A DNA stretch of 64,000 nt from Candidatus Gastranaerophilales bacterium (GTDB lineage Bacteria; Cyanobacteriota; Vampirovibrionia; Gastranaerophilales; Gastranaerophilaceae), in NCBI GenBank assembly GCA_016282705.1, contig JAEELO010000121.1:4189-68188 (forward strand), in the 5' to 3' direction. Position 1 is the first letter of the stretch; each line of letters begins with the position of its first letter. Positions 46,456-56,859 of this stretch are shown in pieces. The position numbers were made by a program, and so were the translations under genes. The notes under the pieces are model-generated. The model was not told where the DNA came from. It saw only the letters and a list, made by a program, of their open reading frames with translations, and made no database searches.

Positions 46456-47457
46456 CTATTGTTTTTTACTTCTTGATAAAGCGAAATTAACTGAATCTAA
46501 TGCTTTAACCTTTTCTCCCAACATAATTTTTTCAGCTTCCTCAAGTACTTTTACGACGTTAAATCCGTTATGTCCGTCACTTCTTGGCTGTTTTCCCTGT
46601 TCTATACAGTTTAAGAAATGCTGACATTCAAGTTTTAACGGTTCTATTTCTATATAATCAAGTACCTCTGTTTTAGATACAGTCGGAGAAGAACTTTCAA
46701 AAATTTGGAGTTTATTTTCAGGAACGGTATCATCAAATATTGCGGTAGCTTTTGTACCTCTCACAAGAAGATTTACTCTTTTCTGCGGATGAATCCAACT
46801 GTCAGAAATATGTGCAATAATGTTATCTTCATATTCAATAGTAACGTGAGTAATATCCATTATGTCGTTGTTATCAGAAGATGCACCTACAGCACTAATT
46901 ACTCTGACAGGTTCCTTACCTAAAATATAACTTGTCATTGAAACATCATGGGGAGCCAAATCCCACATAACACTTCTGTCATTTTTAAAGTGATTTATAT
47001 TAAGTCTGTCACTTTGAACATATCTTATTTCACCTAAAATACCTTCTTCTATAAGCATTTTAAGTCTATTAACGGCAGGATGATACATTAATAAATGTCC
47101 GACCATTAAAATCATATTATTTTTATTGGCAAGGTCAGCTAAAGCTTTTGCTTCAGCAGCAACTGTAGAAATAGGCTTTTCTACATAAACATGTTTACCT
47201 GCCTCAATAGCTTGTTTTACTATTTTATAATGTGTATGGCTTGGTGTAACAACTGCCACAGCATCAATATTAGGATTTGCAAAAATTTCACCCGAATCTG
47301 CAATTATGTTAACATCAGGATATTGTTGTTTTAAATTTTTTCTGTTTTCTTCATCTAAATCACAAACAGTATTTAAAGCATTAAGGTTGTAAAAATTTCT
47401 TACAACATTTTTTCCCCATATCCCGCAACCTATAACAGCAACATTATGCGCTTTCAT
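46456..47457 (-). CDS. Gfo/Idh/MocA family NAD(P)-dependent oxidoreductase
   Basis: VAVIGCGIWGKNVVRNF Rossmann motif and VYVEKPIS. The ATG at 47457 is preceded by GGAG 9 nt upstream (the track start at 47484 is less likely). Confidence 0.85.
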   Translation of the reverse strand: MKAHNVAVIGCGIWGKNVVRNFYNLNALNTVCDLDEENRKNLKQQYPDVNIIADSGEIFANPNIDAVAVVTPSHTHYKIVKQAIEAGKHVYVEKPISTVAAEAKALADLANKNNMILMVGHLLMYHPAVNRLKMLIEEGILGEIRYVQSDRLNINHFKNDRSVMWDLAPHDVSMTSYILGKEPVRVISAVGASSDNNDIMDITHVTIEYEDNIIAHISDSWIHPQKRVNLLVRGTKATAIFDDTVPENKLQIFESSSPTVSKTEVLDYIEIEPLKLECQHFLNCIEQGKQPRSDGHNGFNVVKVLEEAEKIMLGEKVKALDSVNFALSRSKKQ

Positions 47458-47558
47458 TCTTATACTCCAAATTAATATGTACATGCACTAATGCACAATT
47501 ATATTGTAGAAAATAAGAAAAAAAAGGTCAAATTAAATATTTATAAAGATTTATATAA

Positions 47559-49097
47559 TTATACAATCTGAATTCTGCCGTCTTTTCTGACTTCGAACGG
47601 CTGTTTTAAAGTCTTTATATAATCAATTGTAACTTTATCTTTATCAAATGTATAACGTTCGATTATATCTTTGTCTTCACGTTTTAGCATAGAAAGACCG
47701 TCACCGCCTCCGATTAAAAACTCATCATATACAGCAGTGTATGTTTTGTTCGGATTTGGATTATTTACATCAATTTTTTCTACTTGACCTTGATTATTAT
47801 AATAATACATTTCAAGTAAATTACCTGATTTATCCATTTTATAATTTAAGCCGGAAACCTGCATTATACCCGGTTTATGATTTTTAGCGGTAAATGTTTT
47901 TCCGCAAGATTTGATTGCATCAACCAAATCTTTTTCATTTATTTTTACTTTAAATAATTTATTACAAAACGGGAAGATACTTGATATATCACGTTCCGTT
48001 ACCTTACCGTAATCAACGCTTCCCCTGAAGTTTGCGGAATTAATTAAAACAATATCCGAATTTAATTGAGTTCTTACCGCATCAGATACAAAATCAGCCC
48101 ACGGATTTTCTTCCATATTCGCATTCTGAGGTAATGTATCTACATGCTTTAAACTGCCTATTACAGGAGATTCCCCTAAAATACTGTCAATTGTTTTTGC
48201 CATTATAAGGTTTGATGAATACCAGTTAGTATCCATAATATTATTTTGGACTTTAGCAATATGTCCTTTTTCGTTAAATTCAAGATTTAATATTCCAAAA
48301 TGATTACCGTCGCGTCCTGCTTGAGTAATAACGACCGGCTCACCTGAAGGAGAATAAAACAAATTTTTACCTTCTACAACATCTCTAATTAAATCATGCG
48401 AATGTCCGCCAAGTATAACATCTATACCGGAAACTCTTTGAGCAATTTCTTTTTCAATTTCATTTCCTTCGTGAGAAAGCAGAATAATTTTGTTTATACC
48501 CTGTTGTTGGAGTTTATTAACTTCTTCCTGAAGTTCAATAATTGTTTGTTCTTTATCATCAATTGTTATACCGCCCAAATTTTCTTGTTTTTTTAGACGT
48601 TTATGAATATCTGAAGGTTGTACGCCAATCAATCCGTACTTTTCACCGTTTTTGCCTGTTTGTATAGTCGAGCGCGTGACCTTTGAAGAAAGTTCGGAAG
48701 GTAATTCCGGCATATTCATATTCATTCCGAGGATTTTTGTCTTACTGTCTTTTAAAAGTTTTCCGCATATAGAAGCTGTTATATCAAACTCATGGTTTCC
48801 GGGGGCTTCTGCATCAATACCTGCAACATCCAAAAATTTAGCAGCAGCCATGTTTCTTTTTTCATCAGAACCTATAAAAGTATCACCGGAACATAATTTT
48901 AATAAATCCGCGCCATTTTTATTAGCCATAATTTCAGCATGGTGTCCTGCTGAAACTAAACGTTCCATTTTAGGGATTTGACCGTGTAAATCGTTAATAT
49001 AAAAAATAGAAGTTTTCGCATTATTGGAAGAACCGTTACTAATCGGTGTTGAAGTATTAATCGTTCCAGCTGCTATAGTAGTAGGTAATAAGTTCAT
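47559..49097 (-). CDS. Bifunctional metallophosphatase/5'-nucleotidase (UshA-like)
   Basis: IFYINDLHGQ, GNHEFD, ILLSHEG and GGHSHD metallophosphoesterase motifs plus a C-terminal 5'-nucleotidase domain. The start is uncertain (ATG 49097 or TTG 49139). Neither gives a signal peptide. Confidence 0.82.
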   Translation of the reverse strand: MNLLPTTIAAGTINTSTPISNGSSNNAKTSIFYINDLHGQIPKMERLVSAGHHAEIMANKNGADLLKLCSGDTFIGSDEKRNMAAAKFLDVAGIDAEAPGNHEFDITASICGKLLKDSKTKILGMNMNMPELPSELSSKVTRSTIQTGKNGEKYGLIGVQPSDIHKRLKKQENLGGITIDDKEQTIIELQEEVNKLQQQGINKIILLSHEGNEIEKEIAQRVSGIDVILGGHSHDLIRDVVEGKNLFYSPSGEPVVITQAGRDGNHFGILNLEFNEKGHIAKVQNNIMDTNWYSSNLIMAKTIDSILGESPVIGSLKHVDTLPQNANMEENPWADFVSDAVRTQLNSDIVLINSANFRGSVDYGKVTERDISSIFPFCNKLFKVKINEKDLVDAIKSCGKTFTAKNHKPGIMQVSGLNYKMDKSGNLLEMYYYNNQGQVEKIDVNNPNPNKTYTAVYDEFLIGGGDGLSMLKREDKDIIERYTFDKDKVTIDYIKTLKQPFEVRKDGRIQIV

Positions 49098-49188
49098 GAT
49101 TATTATCCGATTGACTATACACTTAGAACAAAAACTCAAAAAAAATTTTTTGCTGAATTTTTTTGATTTATAAAATATTTTTTACAAA

Positions 49189-50139
49189 TTAAAAATGATT
49201 AAATGAATTTTCTTCAAATATTTTTTTTGTAATTTTTTCACCGTTACCGTTATCATCAATCACGACAGACGGATTATTATCTTTATTTTGGACAATACCT
49301 ATGCATTTAAATATATTTTCATCCAGTTTAGAATATATTTCTTCGTTAACACAAATAAGAAGTTCAAAATCTTCTCCACCCCACAAAGCTAATTTTTTAT
49401 AATCAAGATTATTAACAGTACAATACTGTTTTACATTCGGATTAACAGGAACTTTGTTGAAATCAATTTTAATACTGTGATTTGATGCAAGAGATACTTT
49501 ATATAATGCATCTGCAAGTCCGTCCGAACAATCCATAACAGCAATATTTGAATCAATAATATTGGAAAGCTTTGATGCTTCATTAATTCTGGGGACAGGA
49601 TTCAGATGGGCATTAATTATATCATTATCAGCATATAAAAAAGAAGAAAGAGCATGAAAACCTGCGGCACTTGTTCCGAATTCTCCTGTTACAAGAACAA
49701 CATCACCCTTTTTGGCATAACTTCTTGAAGCAGAGAACATTGAATTCTTTTTGCCTATTGCACAGACAGAAATAACAATCTTTTCGGAACCTGTTATATC
49801 ACCGCCAATTACTTTTACATTATATTCTTTACATACGTCATTAATACCTCTGTATAATTCCGAAACAAAAGAATCTTTTGTGAGTTTTGGCATTGAAAGA
49901 GAAACCGTAATATATTTGGGAATAGCAAGTGCGGCAGCCAAATCACTAAGATTGACACTAACTGCTTTTCTTCCCAGCAAATATGGAGAAGTTGTATAAA
50001 GAGAGAAATGAACATTTTCTACTAATGTGTCATGAGTAACATAAATGTCCAAATCATCTAAATAAGCACAATCATCACCAATAAAAGACGAATTGCTTAA
50101 TGTATTTTTTATTATTTCTAAAAAATGTAACTCTCTCAT
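49189..50139 (-). CDS. thiL: Thiamine-monophosphate kinase
   Basis: IGDDCAY, AVSVNLSDLAA, VIGGDIT and the PurM-like C-terminal domain. Confidence 0.88.
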   Translation of the reverse strand: MRELHFLEIIKNTLSNSSFIGDDCAYLDDLDIYVTHDTLVENVHFSLYTTSPYLLGRKAVSVNLSDLAAALAIPKYITVSLSMPKLTKDSFVSELYRGINDVCKEYNVKVIGGDITGSEKIVISVCAIGKKNSMFSASRSYAKKGDVVLVTGEFGTSAAGFHALSSFLYADNDIINAHLNPVPRINEASKLSNIIDSNIAVMDCSDGLADALYKVSLASNHSIKIDFNKVPVNPNVKQYCTVNNLDYKKLALWGGEDFELLICVNEEIYSKLDENIFKCIGIVQNKDNNPSVVIDDNGNGEKITKKIFEENSFNHF

Positions 50140-50262
50140 ATAGAGATTGTAGCATACAAAAGTAAAAAATATGTAACATATAAATATACAAACTCTTTAA
50201 AATATCTTGTAAGCATGTACAATATATATGTTTATAGCCGAACATATAAAAAGCGAGGTAAA

Positions 50263-51660
50263 ATGATAGAACTTAACTATCGTAACGTACAAAAAGACGT
50301 AATTGGGGAAGAAAACGGATTGGATATCCAAGCCGAATTTAATAACTACCAAGAAACTATTCATCACATAATAGGTGAATTAAATTCAAATAAAGATAAA
50401 CCCGGACAAAAACTTCAATGGATGAATTTAGGCTATAGTGAAGAAACCATGTGGTATATAAAAGAATTTGCCGCAATGGTTGAAAATCGTTTTGATAATG
50501 TTCTTATATTGGGTTTAGGCGGTTCGGCGCTTGGCGGCAAGGCAGTATGCGAAGCACTTTTACCTCCATACTGGAACTATTTAACAAAAGAACAAAGAAA
50601 TAATTATCCGAGAATATTTTTCTTAGACAATATAGACCCTGACCAAATGAATGCGCTTTTAAATATTTTGGATTTAAAGAAAACACTTGTAAATGTAATT
50701 ACAAAATCAGGTTCAACAGCCGAAGTTATGGCTCAATATATGGTCATAAAAGAATTAATGGAAAAAGAACTCGGTGATGACTACAGAAAAAATATTATTG
50801 CAACAACCGATAAGAATATAGGCATTTTAAAACAGCTGTCTGACCAAGAAGGTTATAAAACATTTTATATTCCTGATGATGTGGAAGGAAGATTTTCTGT
50901 ATTTTCAGCAGTAGGCTTATTGCCGTTTGCATTAGTCGGAATCAATATTGATGAAATTGCACAAGGTGTTAAAGATATGGATTTAGCACTCAAAAATACG
51001 GATATATTTTATAACATAGCTGCGCAAAATGCATTGATTCACTTTTTAATGGACGTAAAACGTGACAAAAAGATTTCAGTAATGATGCCATACTCAAACA
51101 GACTTCGTTTTGTTGCTGATTGGTATTGCCAGTTATGGGCAGAATCTTTAGGTAAAGAACGTGACAGAAACAATAATATTGTTAACACAGGACAAACTCC
51201 GGTTAAAGCAATCGGGGTAACTGATCAGCACTCACAAATCCAGTTATATAATGAAGGACCGAACGATAAAATTATCAACTTCTTAAGAGTTAAAGAATTT
51301 GATACAAATTTGGAAATACCTAATATATTTGAATACACTGGAATTAGTTATTTGGGCGGAAAAACAATGAATCAACTATTTAATGCAGAAGCTGATTCAA
51401 CTATGGCATCATTAATAGACTATAAACGTCCGAATGTAACTATAACCATTCCTAAAGTTACGCCTTATTATTTAGGGCAATTATTGTATATGTTTGAAGT
51501 ACAAACAGCAATAACCGGTGCTTTATATAATATAGATGCATTTAATCAGCCGGGAGTTGAACAATCAAAAAATTATACATATGCGCTAATGGGCAGAGTA
51601 GGATATGAAGATTCAGCAAACGAACTGGCTGAAAAGTTATCTGTATCGGTTCAAATATAA
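50263..51660 (+). CDS. pgi: Glucose-6-phosphate isomerase
   Basis: GLGGSALGG, ITKSGSTAEV, GRFSVFSAVGLLP, DQHSQIQLYNEGP and NQPGVE. The ATG at 50263 follows GAGGT. Confidence 0.92.
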   Translation: MIELNYRNVQKDVIGEENGLDIQAEFNNYQETIHHIIGELNSNKDKPGQKLQWMNLGYSEETMWYIKEFAAMVENRFDNVLILGLGGSALGGKAVCEALLPPYWNYLTKEQRNNYPRIFFLDNIDPDQMNALLNILDLKKTLVNVITKSGSTAEVMAQYMVIKELMEKELGDDYRKNIIATTDKNIGILKQLSDQEGYKTFYIPDDVEGRFSVFSAVGLLPFALVGINIDEIAQGVKDMDLALKNTDIFYNIAAQNALIHFLMDVKRDKKISVMMPYSNRLRFVADWYCQLWAESLGKERDRNNNIVNTGQTPVKAIGVTDQHSQIQLYNEGPNDKIINFLRVKEFDTNLEIPNIFEYTGISYLGGKTMNQLFNAEADSTMASLIDYKRPNVTITIPKVTPYYLGQLLYMFEVQTAITGALYNIDAFNQPGVEQSKNYTYALMGRVGYEDSANELAEKLSVSVQI

Positions 51661-51679
51661 ATTACAAAAATAAATAATT

Positions 51680-52603
51680 CTATTTATCAATATTCTTTTT
51701 TAATAATGCATCGACACGTGCTTCCAAACGAGTATGCAAACCTTTTTTCAATGCATCACTTACAATGTTTTCAATATATTTGGAATAAAATTCTTCATGT
51801 ATTTTTACAACATCAGAGAAATATTCCACTAAATCTTGATTATAGAAACGTGCATAGTGTTGAATTAATTCACTGAACTGCTGTTTACTCAATAAATACT
51901 GCCATCTTAATGTTAATAAATTAAATATTTCCCAAACCTTTTCCTTTGATTCCTTTGTTAATTGAATTGCACCGATATTTGGGAACCAAAAAAGAGATGA
52001 ATAGTTTTTAACAAACCCGCCATCTAATATTTTTTCGCCGTAAATACTACTCATCAAAAGATTATTTGTATATTGAAATTCAACATTATCTTTTTCCCAT
52101 AACGAGCAATGAAATTTAGTATCATGAAAAACAAAAATCGCATCATTTTTTACGTATGGTAATACAGTAAGTACATCCAATATTTCACCCGGATTATGGT
52201 GAGCGGTATCAAACAAACAGAAATCAATATCACCACCAATTTCATCAATAAATTTATATGATAAATCACCTGTGTATAACGTCCAATCAGACTTTAAATC
52301 CGGAAAATTATCAAGAAAATGTCCTGACTTTTTAGATAAATCACGATACCACTGAGTATTTAAATCAATACTGTATAATTTTGCATTAGGAATATTTTTT
52401 ATCGTTTTCAATATTATATATGAAGAAGTACCACTTGAAACACCTATTTCTAATATTTTTTTAGGTTTTTTATCTAAAATTAACTGAGAGAGAAATTCCG
52501 TTTCATTTAACTCCATCTCGGAAAGATTATAAAATTCTTCATTTAAATCACTTAAAAGATTTTTAACTTCAGAACCTGCTTTTAAATAACGATAATTATT
52601 CAT
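51680..52603 (-). CDS. Class I SAM-dependent methyltransferase (Methyltransf_24/CmcI-like), substrate unknown
   Basis: KILEIGVSSGTSSYIIL (motif I) and FCLFDTAHHNPGE. The C-terminal ~100 aa are unrecognised. Confidence 0.65.
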   Translation of the reverse strand: MNNYRYLKAGSEVKNLLSDLNEEFYNLSEMELNETEFLSQLILDKKPKKILEIGVSSGTSSYIILKTIKNIPNAKLYSIDLNTQWYRDLSKKSGHFLDNFPDLKSDWTLYTGDLSYKFIDEIGGDIDFCLFDTAHHNPGEILDVLTVLPYVKNDAIFVFHDTKFHCSLWEKDNVEFQYTNNLLMSSIYGEKILDGGFVKNYSSLFWFPNIGAIQLTKESKEKVWEIFNLLTLRWQYLLSKQQFSELIQHYARFYNQDLVEYFSDVVKIHEEFYSKYIENIVSDALKKGLHTRLEARVDALLKKNIDK

Positions 52604-52696
52604 TTTATTTCCTCAAAGCAAAATATTAACAACAGACTAATAATAACATAAAAATTTATAATTAATTTATAAAAACGATTGTGTTAAAATATCAGT

Positions 52697-53458
52697 ATGG
52701 AAAGAAATACACAAAAAGTATTAGGATATAATGTAGACATTTTATCCTTCGAAGAAGCAATTAATAATGTTTTAGCATCTGTAAATAATAATATCGGTAT
52801 GCAAATAGTTACAATTAATCCCGAAATGATAGAACTTGCGAACCGAAATAAAGATTACGCAAATATTTTAAATAATGCGGAATTAGTTATTCCTGACGGT
52901 TCGGGAATAAAATTAGCATTAAAATTAAAAGGAATAAAGCAAGAGCAAATTCCGGGAATAGACTTTACAAGAAGGATACTTGAAAAATTTGCAGAGAATA
53001 ATTTGCCGGTAGCACTTATCGGTGCGAAAGAAGAAGTTGTACAAAAAGCTGCAGCTAATTTGCAAAAAGAAATTCCAAATCTTAACATATGCTACTTCAG
53101 AAACGGATATTTTTCAGAAAATGATGAAGAACAAATAATAAATGATATTAAAGATAAATCACCGAAACTTGTTCTGGCAGCTCTCGGAGCACCTAAGCAA
53201 GAACAGTTTATATTTAAATGCAGAAAAGAATTAAATAACGCAATATATATAGGAGTTGGCGGTTCTTTTGATATTTGGGCAGGAAGTGTAGAGAGAGCAC
53301 CGAAAATATTCAGAAAATTAGGCTGCGAATGGTTATACAGAACAATGAAACAGCCGGAGAGAATAAAAAGAATTTATAAAACTTTGCCTATGTTTTTAAT
53401 AAAGGTTATAATTGAAGCAAGGAAAATAAATCTGTATAAAAGGGATAAAAATGTTTAA
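52697..53458 (+). CDS. WecB/TagA/CpsF family glycosyltransferase
   Basis: VTINPEMI, VIPDGSGI, LGAPKQEQF, GVGGSFDIWAG and RAP...GCEWLYR...QP.R. Confidence 0.88.
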   Translation: MERNTQKVLGYNVDILSFEEAINNVLASVNNNIGMQIVTINPEMIELANRNKDYANILNNAELVIPDGSGIKLALKLKGIKQEQIPGIDFTRRILEKFAENNLPVALIGAKEEVVQKAAANLQKEIPNLNICYFRNGYFSENDEEQIINDIKDKSPKLVLAALGAPKQEQFIFKCRKELNNAIYIGVGGSFDIWAGSVERAPKIFRKLGCEWLYRTMKQPERIKRIYKTLPMFLIKVIIEARKINLYKRDKNV

Positions 53459-54287
53459 TACTCTGAATGAAAAAGATATTCAAGAAATTGAAAATACATC
53501 AAAAAAAATGCGAAGAAACATTTTGATGATGATTCATAATGCGAAATCAGGACATCCCGGAGGCTCACTTTCAAGTGTAGATATCCTTAATGTACTTTTT
53601 ACAAGAGTAATGAGACACTATCCCGAAGGAGAATTTAATCCTAATTATAAATACAGAGACAGATTTATTCTTTCTAAAGGGCATGCATCACCTGCTTTAT
53701 ATGCTGTTTTGGCTGAATGTGGTTATATTAAAGAAGAAGATTTACTCACATTCAGGAAACTTGGTTCCAAATTACAAGGACACCCAAGCAGCCGCTTACT
53801 TCGAGGAGTTGAAGTTTCAACAGGTTCATTAGGACAAGGTCTATCAATTGGCTGCGGAATGGCATTAGGATTAAAATTAGACCAGATAAACAGTAAAATA
53901 TACGTTTATATGGGTGACGGAGAAATTGAGGAAGGCAGCGTTTGGGAAGCTGCAATGAATGCGTCTCATAACAAATTGAATAACATAATTGCTTTTGTAG
54001 ACAGAAATAAATTGCAGATAGACGGTTCTACAGAGAATATAAAATCCATCGGGAATATAAAAGAAAAGTTTTCTGCGTTCGGATGGAATACAAAGGAAAT
54101 AGACGGACATGACATAAATGAAATATATAATGCTATTATAAATGCACAAAATAGTGATAAACCGTATTTAATAGTTGCAAATACTATAAAAGGGAAAGGC
54201 GTTTCATTTATGGAGAATAATGCCGGCTGGCACGGTAAAGCTCCAAACGATGAGGAACTTCAAACAGCACTTAATGAACTAAAATAG
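53451..54287 (+). CDS. Transketolase, N-terminal subunit (split form)
   Basis: GHPGGSLSSVDIL, SKGHASPALYAVL and GDGEIEEGSVWEA (the TPP-binding GDG motif). Confidence 0.92.
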   Translation: MFNTLNEKDIQEIENTSKKMRRNILMMIHNAKSGHPGGSLSSVDILNVLFTRVMRHYPEGEFNPNYKYRDRFILSKGHASPALYAVLAECGYIKEEDLLTFRKLGSKLQGHPSSRLLRGVEVSTGSLGQGLSIGCGMALGLKLDQINSKIYVYMGDGEIEEGSVWEAAMNASHNKLNNIIAFVDRNKLQIDGSTENIKSIGNIKEKFSAFGWNTKEIDGHDINEIYNAIINAQNSDKPYLIVANTIKGKGVSFMENNAGWHGKAPNDEELQTALNELK

Positions 54288-54296
54288 GATTAAGAT

Positions 54297-55232
54297 ATGA
54301 CAAGGGAATATAAATCAGTAAGAGGAGAATACGGAAAAACTCTCGTAGAGCTTGGTAAAGCAGACAAAAACATAGTAGTACTTGATGCGGATTTATCTTG
54401 TTCAACACAGACAAAGCTTTTTGCAAAAGAATTTCCTGACAGATTTTTTAATGTCGGTATAGCAGAACAAGACTTAATGACAACTGCCGCAGGACTTGCT
54501 TGCACAGGTAAAATACCTTTTGTTTCTACATTTGCAATGTTTGCTACAGGCAGAGCTTGGGATCAGGTAAGAAATACAATATGTTATTCTAACCTTAACG
54601 TAAAAATTGCAGCAACACACGGAGGAATTACGGTAGGCGAAGACGGTGCAAGCCATCAAGCACTGGAAGATATCGCTTTAATGAGAAATATCCCGAATAT
54701 GACAGTTATAGTTCCTGCTGATGCACAGGAAACAAGACAAGCTATAATTTTTGCGGCAGGATACAAAGGTCCTGTTTATATAAGAATTGCAAGAAGTAAT
54801 CTTCCTGATATCTTTGATGAAAATTACAAATTTGATTACAGAAAAGCACAAATTATTAAAGAAGGTAAAGATATTACACTTATAACAAACGGTGAAACTT
54901 TGGTAGAAACAATAGATTGTGCTAAAATATTATCAGATTACGGGATAGATGCTGAAGTAATTAATGTTCCGGTTGTAAAGCCATTAGATACAGAAACAAT
55001 AATAAATTCCGCAAAAAAGACAAACAGAGTAGTAACTATTGAAAACCATTCAATAATCGGAGGTCTCGGAAGTGCTGTATGCGAAGTACTAAGCGACCAA
55101 TATCCGACAAAAGTTACAAGGTTCGGTACAAATGACGAATTCGGACAATCAGGAACAGCAAAAGAACTAATGGCATACTACGGATTAAATGCCGAGCAAC
55201 TTTCAAGAAGAATAACAGGACTAATCAAATGA
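54297..55232 (+). CDS. Transketolase, C-terminal subunit (split form)
   Basis: FFNVGIAEQDLM and THGGITVGEDGASHQALEDIALMR (pyrimidine-binding domain), plus the C-terminal domain. Confidence 0.92.
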   Translation: MTREYKSVRGEYGKTLVELGKADKNIVVLDADLSCSTQTKLFAKEFPDRFFNVGIAEQDLMTTAAGLACTGKIPFVSTFAMFATGRAWDQVRNTICYSNLNVKIAATHGGITVGEDGASHQALEDIALMRNIPNMTVIVPADAQETRQAIIFAAGYKGPVYIRIARSNLPDIFDENYKFDYRKAQIIKEGKDITLITNGETLVETIDCAKILSDYGIDAEVINVPVVKPLDTETIINSAKKTNRVVTIENHSIIGGLGSAVCEVLSDQYPTKVTRFGTNDEFGQSGTAKELMAYYGLNAEQLSRRITGLIK

Positions 55233-55903
55233 TACAATTACGCAATGTATATAAAAAATATAAAGATATTTATGCTCTCCAAAACATAAATTTGGATATT
55301 ATGTCCAGCGAATTTGTGTTTTTGACAGGTTCATCGGGAGCAGGGAAATCAACATTAATGAAACTATTATACAGAGAGGAAATTCCGACTTCCGGTACTG
55401 TCATGATAGGGAATATAAACATCGCAAAACTGCCTAACGACAGAGTACCAAATATCAGAAGATGTATGGGAATAGTATTCCAAGATTATAAACTATTACA
55501 AAATGTTAGTGTATACGACAATATTGCATTAGTAATAAGAACTTTAGGCATGCGTTCAAAAGAAATTCAGGAAAGAGTCAAAGGCGCACTAAAAGTAGTA
55601 GGTTTACTAAATAAAATGAATGCAAGACCTTGTGAATTATCAGGCGGAGAACAGCAAAGAGTAAGTATTGCGAGAGCAATTGTAAATGGTCCTCCGTTAT
55701 TAATTGCGGATGAGCCAACAGGGAATTTAGACCCAAAAAATTCTATGGAAATTATGCAAATACTTGAACAAATTAATGAAAAAGGTATTACAGTTATTGT
55801 TTCAACTCATGACAGAGATATAGTAGACTATTTCAGAAAACGTGTAATTACAATGGAACAAGGACAAATTATTAGAGACGTACAGGCTGGTACTTATGAG
55901 TGA
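55229..55903 (+). CDS. ftsE: Cell division ATP-binding protein FtsE
   Basis: MIQLRNVYKKY, Walker A GSSGAGKST, LSGGEQQRVSIARA and LLIADEPTGNLD. Confidence 0.9.
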   Translation: MIQLRNVYKKYKDIYALQNINLDIMSSEFVFLTGSSGAGKSTLMKLLYREEIPTSGTVMIGNINIAKLPNDRVPNIRRCMGIVFQDYKLLQNVSVYDNIALVIRTLGMRSKEIQERVKGALKVVGLLNKMNARPCELSGGEQQRVSIARAIVNGPPLLIADEPTGNLDPKNSMEIMQILEQINEKGITVIVSTHDRDIVDYFRKRVITMEQGQIIRDVQAGTYE

Positions 55904-56804
55904 TAGAAAAAAAATAATAAAAGAAACAGTAAAAAAACATATCCCGCAAAGACATTTAGCTTCTGTTAGGATTATGTACAGAATAGCAATGGAAACTTTC
56001 TACGGAATAAAAAGAACCGGTTTAATAAATATAGCAATTATAGCCGCTATGGCAGCAATATTAACAATATTCGGTGCATTATTCAGAACAAGTTTTTCAT
56101 TGAGTTCGTTTGTAGATAAATTAGGTGATGCTTTTGAAATTTCAGTATATTTAAAACCAAATACAGACCCTGTATATATGTCTACAAGGCTTAGAGAAGT
56201 TCAGCATGTAAAGAAAATAACAATAGTCACAAAAGAACAAGCTTGGGAAGAAATGAATAAAGATATGGACGTATCAGGAATGGAAAACCCGTTACCAGAC
56301 ACGCTTCATATCACGGTAGACGATCCTGCAAATATTACTTCGGTGTGTGATGAAATTAAGAAAGTTTCAGGAATTGAAAATATGTCATATGCGCAGGAAA
56401 TAGCAAAAAAATTGCAGACATTGACAAATGTATTTAATACTGTCACATTATTTGTTCTAATAACAGTTGCAATGCTCACGATAATAATAATAAATGCTAC
56501 TATTCAGCTCGTAATCCAGTCCAGAAAAGAAGAAATTGAGATAATGAGATTAATGGGAGTAAGTAACTGGTACATAAAAATTCCGTTAATATTACAAGGT
56601 GCAGTATATGGATTTTTAGGTGCAGTAATATCATTAATTCCATTAAACACAGTGCAAAAAGGATTATTAAAGCTTCATGATTTCTTAACAATTCCGCAAT
56701 CTGACTTTGCAATGAATATCGTTGTATTCTGTTTATTTGTAATGGCAATATTTTTCAGCGCAAGCGGAAGTTTATTATCAATAAAGAAACACTTACGAGT
56801 ATAA
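55896..56804 (+). CDS. ftsX: Cell division permease-like protein FtsX
   Basis: Four TMs with a periplasmic domain between TM1 and TM2. EIEIMRLMGVSNWYIK is typical of FtsX. Overlaps ftsE. Confidence 0.87.
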   Translation: MSDRKKIIKETVKKHIPQRHLASVRIMYRIAMETFYGIKRTGLINIAIIAAMAAILTIFGALFRTSFSLSSFVDKLGDAFEISVYLKPNTDPVYMSTRLREVQHVKKITIVTKEQAWEEMNKDMDVSGMENPLPDTLHITVDDPANITSVCDEIKKVSGIENMSYAQEIAKKLQTLTNVFNTVTLFVLITVAMLTIIIINATIQLVIQSRKEEIEIMRLMGVSNWYIKIPLILQGAVYGFLGAVISLIPLNTVQKGLLKLHDFLTIPQSDFAMNIVVFCLFVMAIFFSASGSLLSIKKHLRV

Positions 56805-56809
56805 ATATA

Positions 56810-56839
56810 AAAAGAGGAGTATTAATTACTCCTCTTTTT
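56810..56839. terminator. Bidirectional hairpin terminator
   Basis: 12-bp stem aaaagaggagta/tactcctctttt with a 5-nt loop. Lies between convergent ftsX and the AAA+ gene. Confidence 0.68.
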
Positions 56840-56859
56840 ACATTCCATTCTCACTTATG

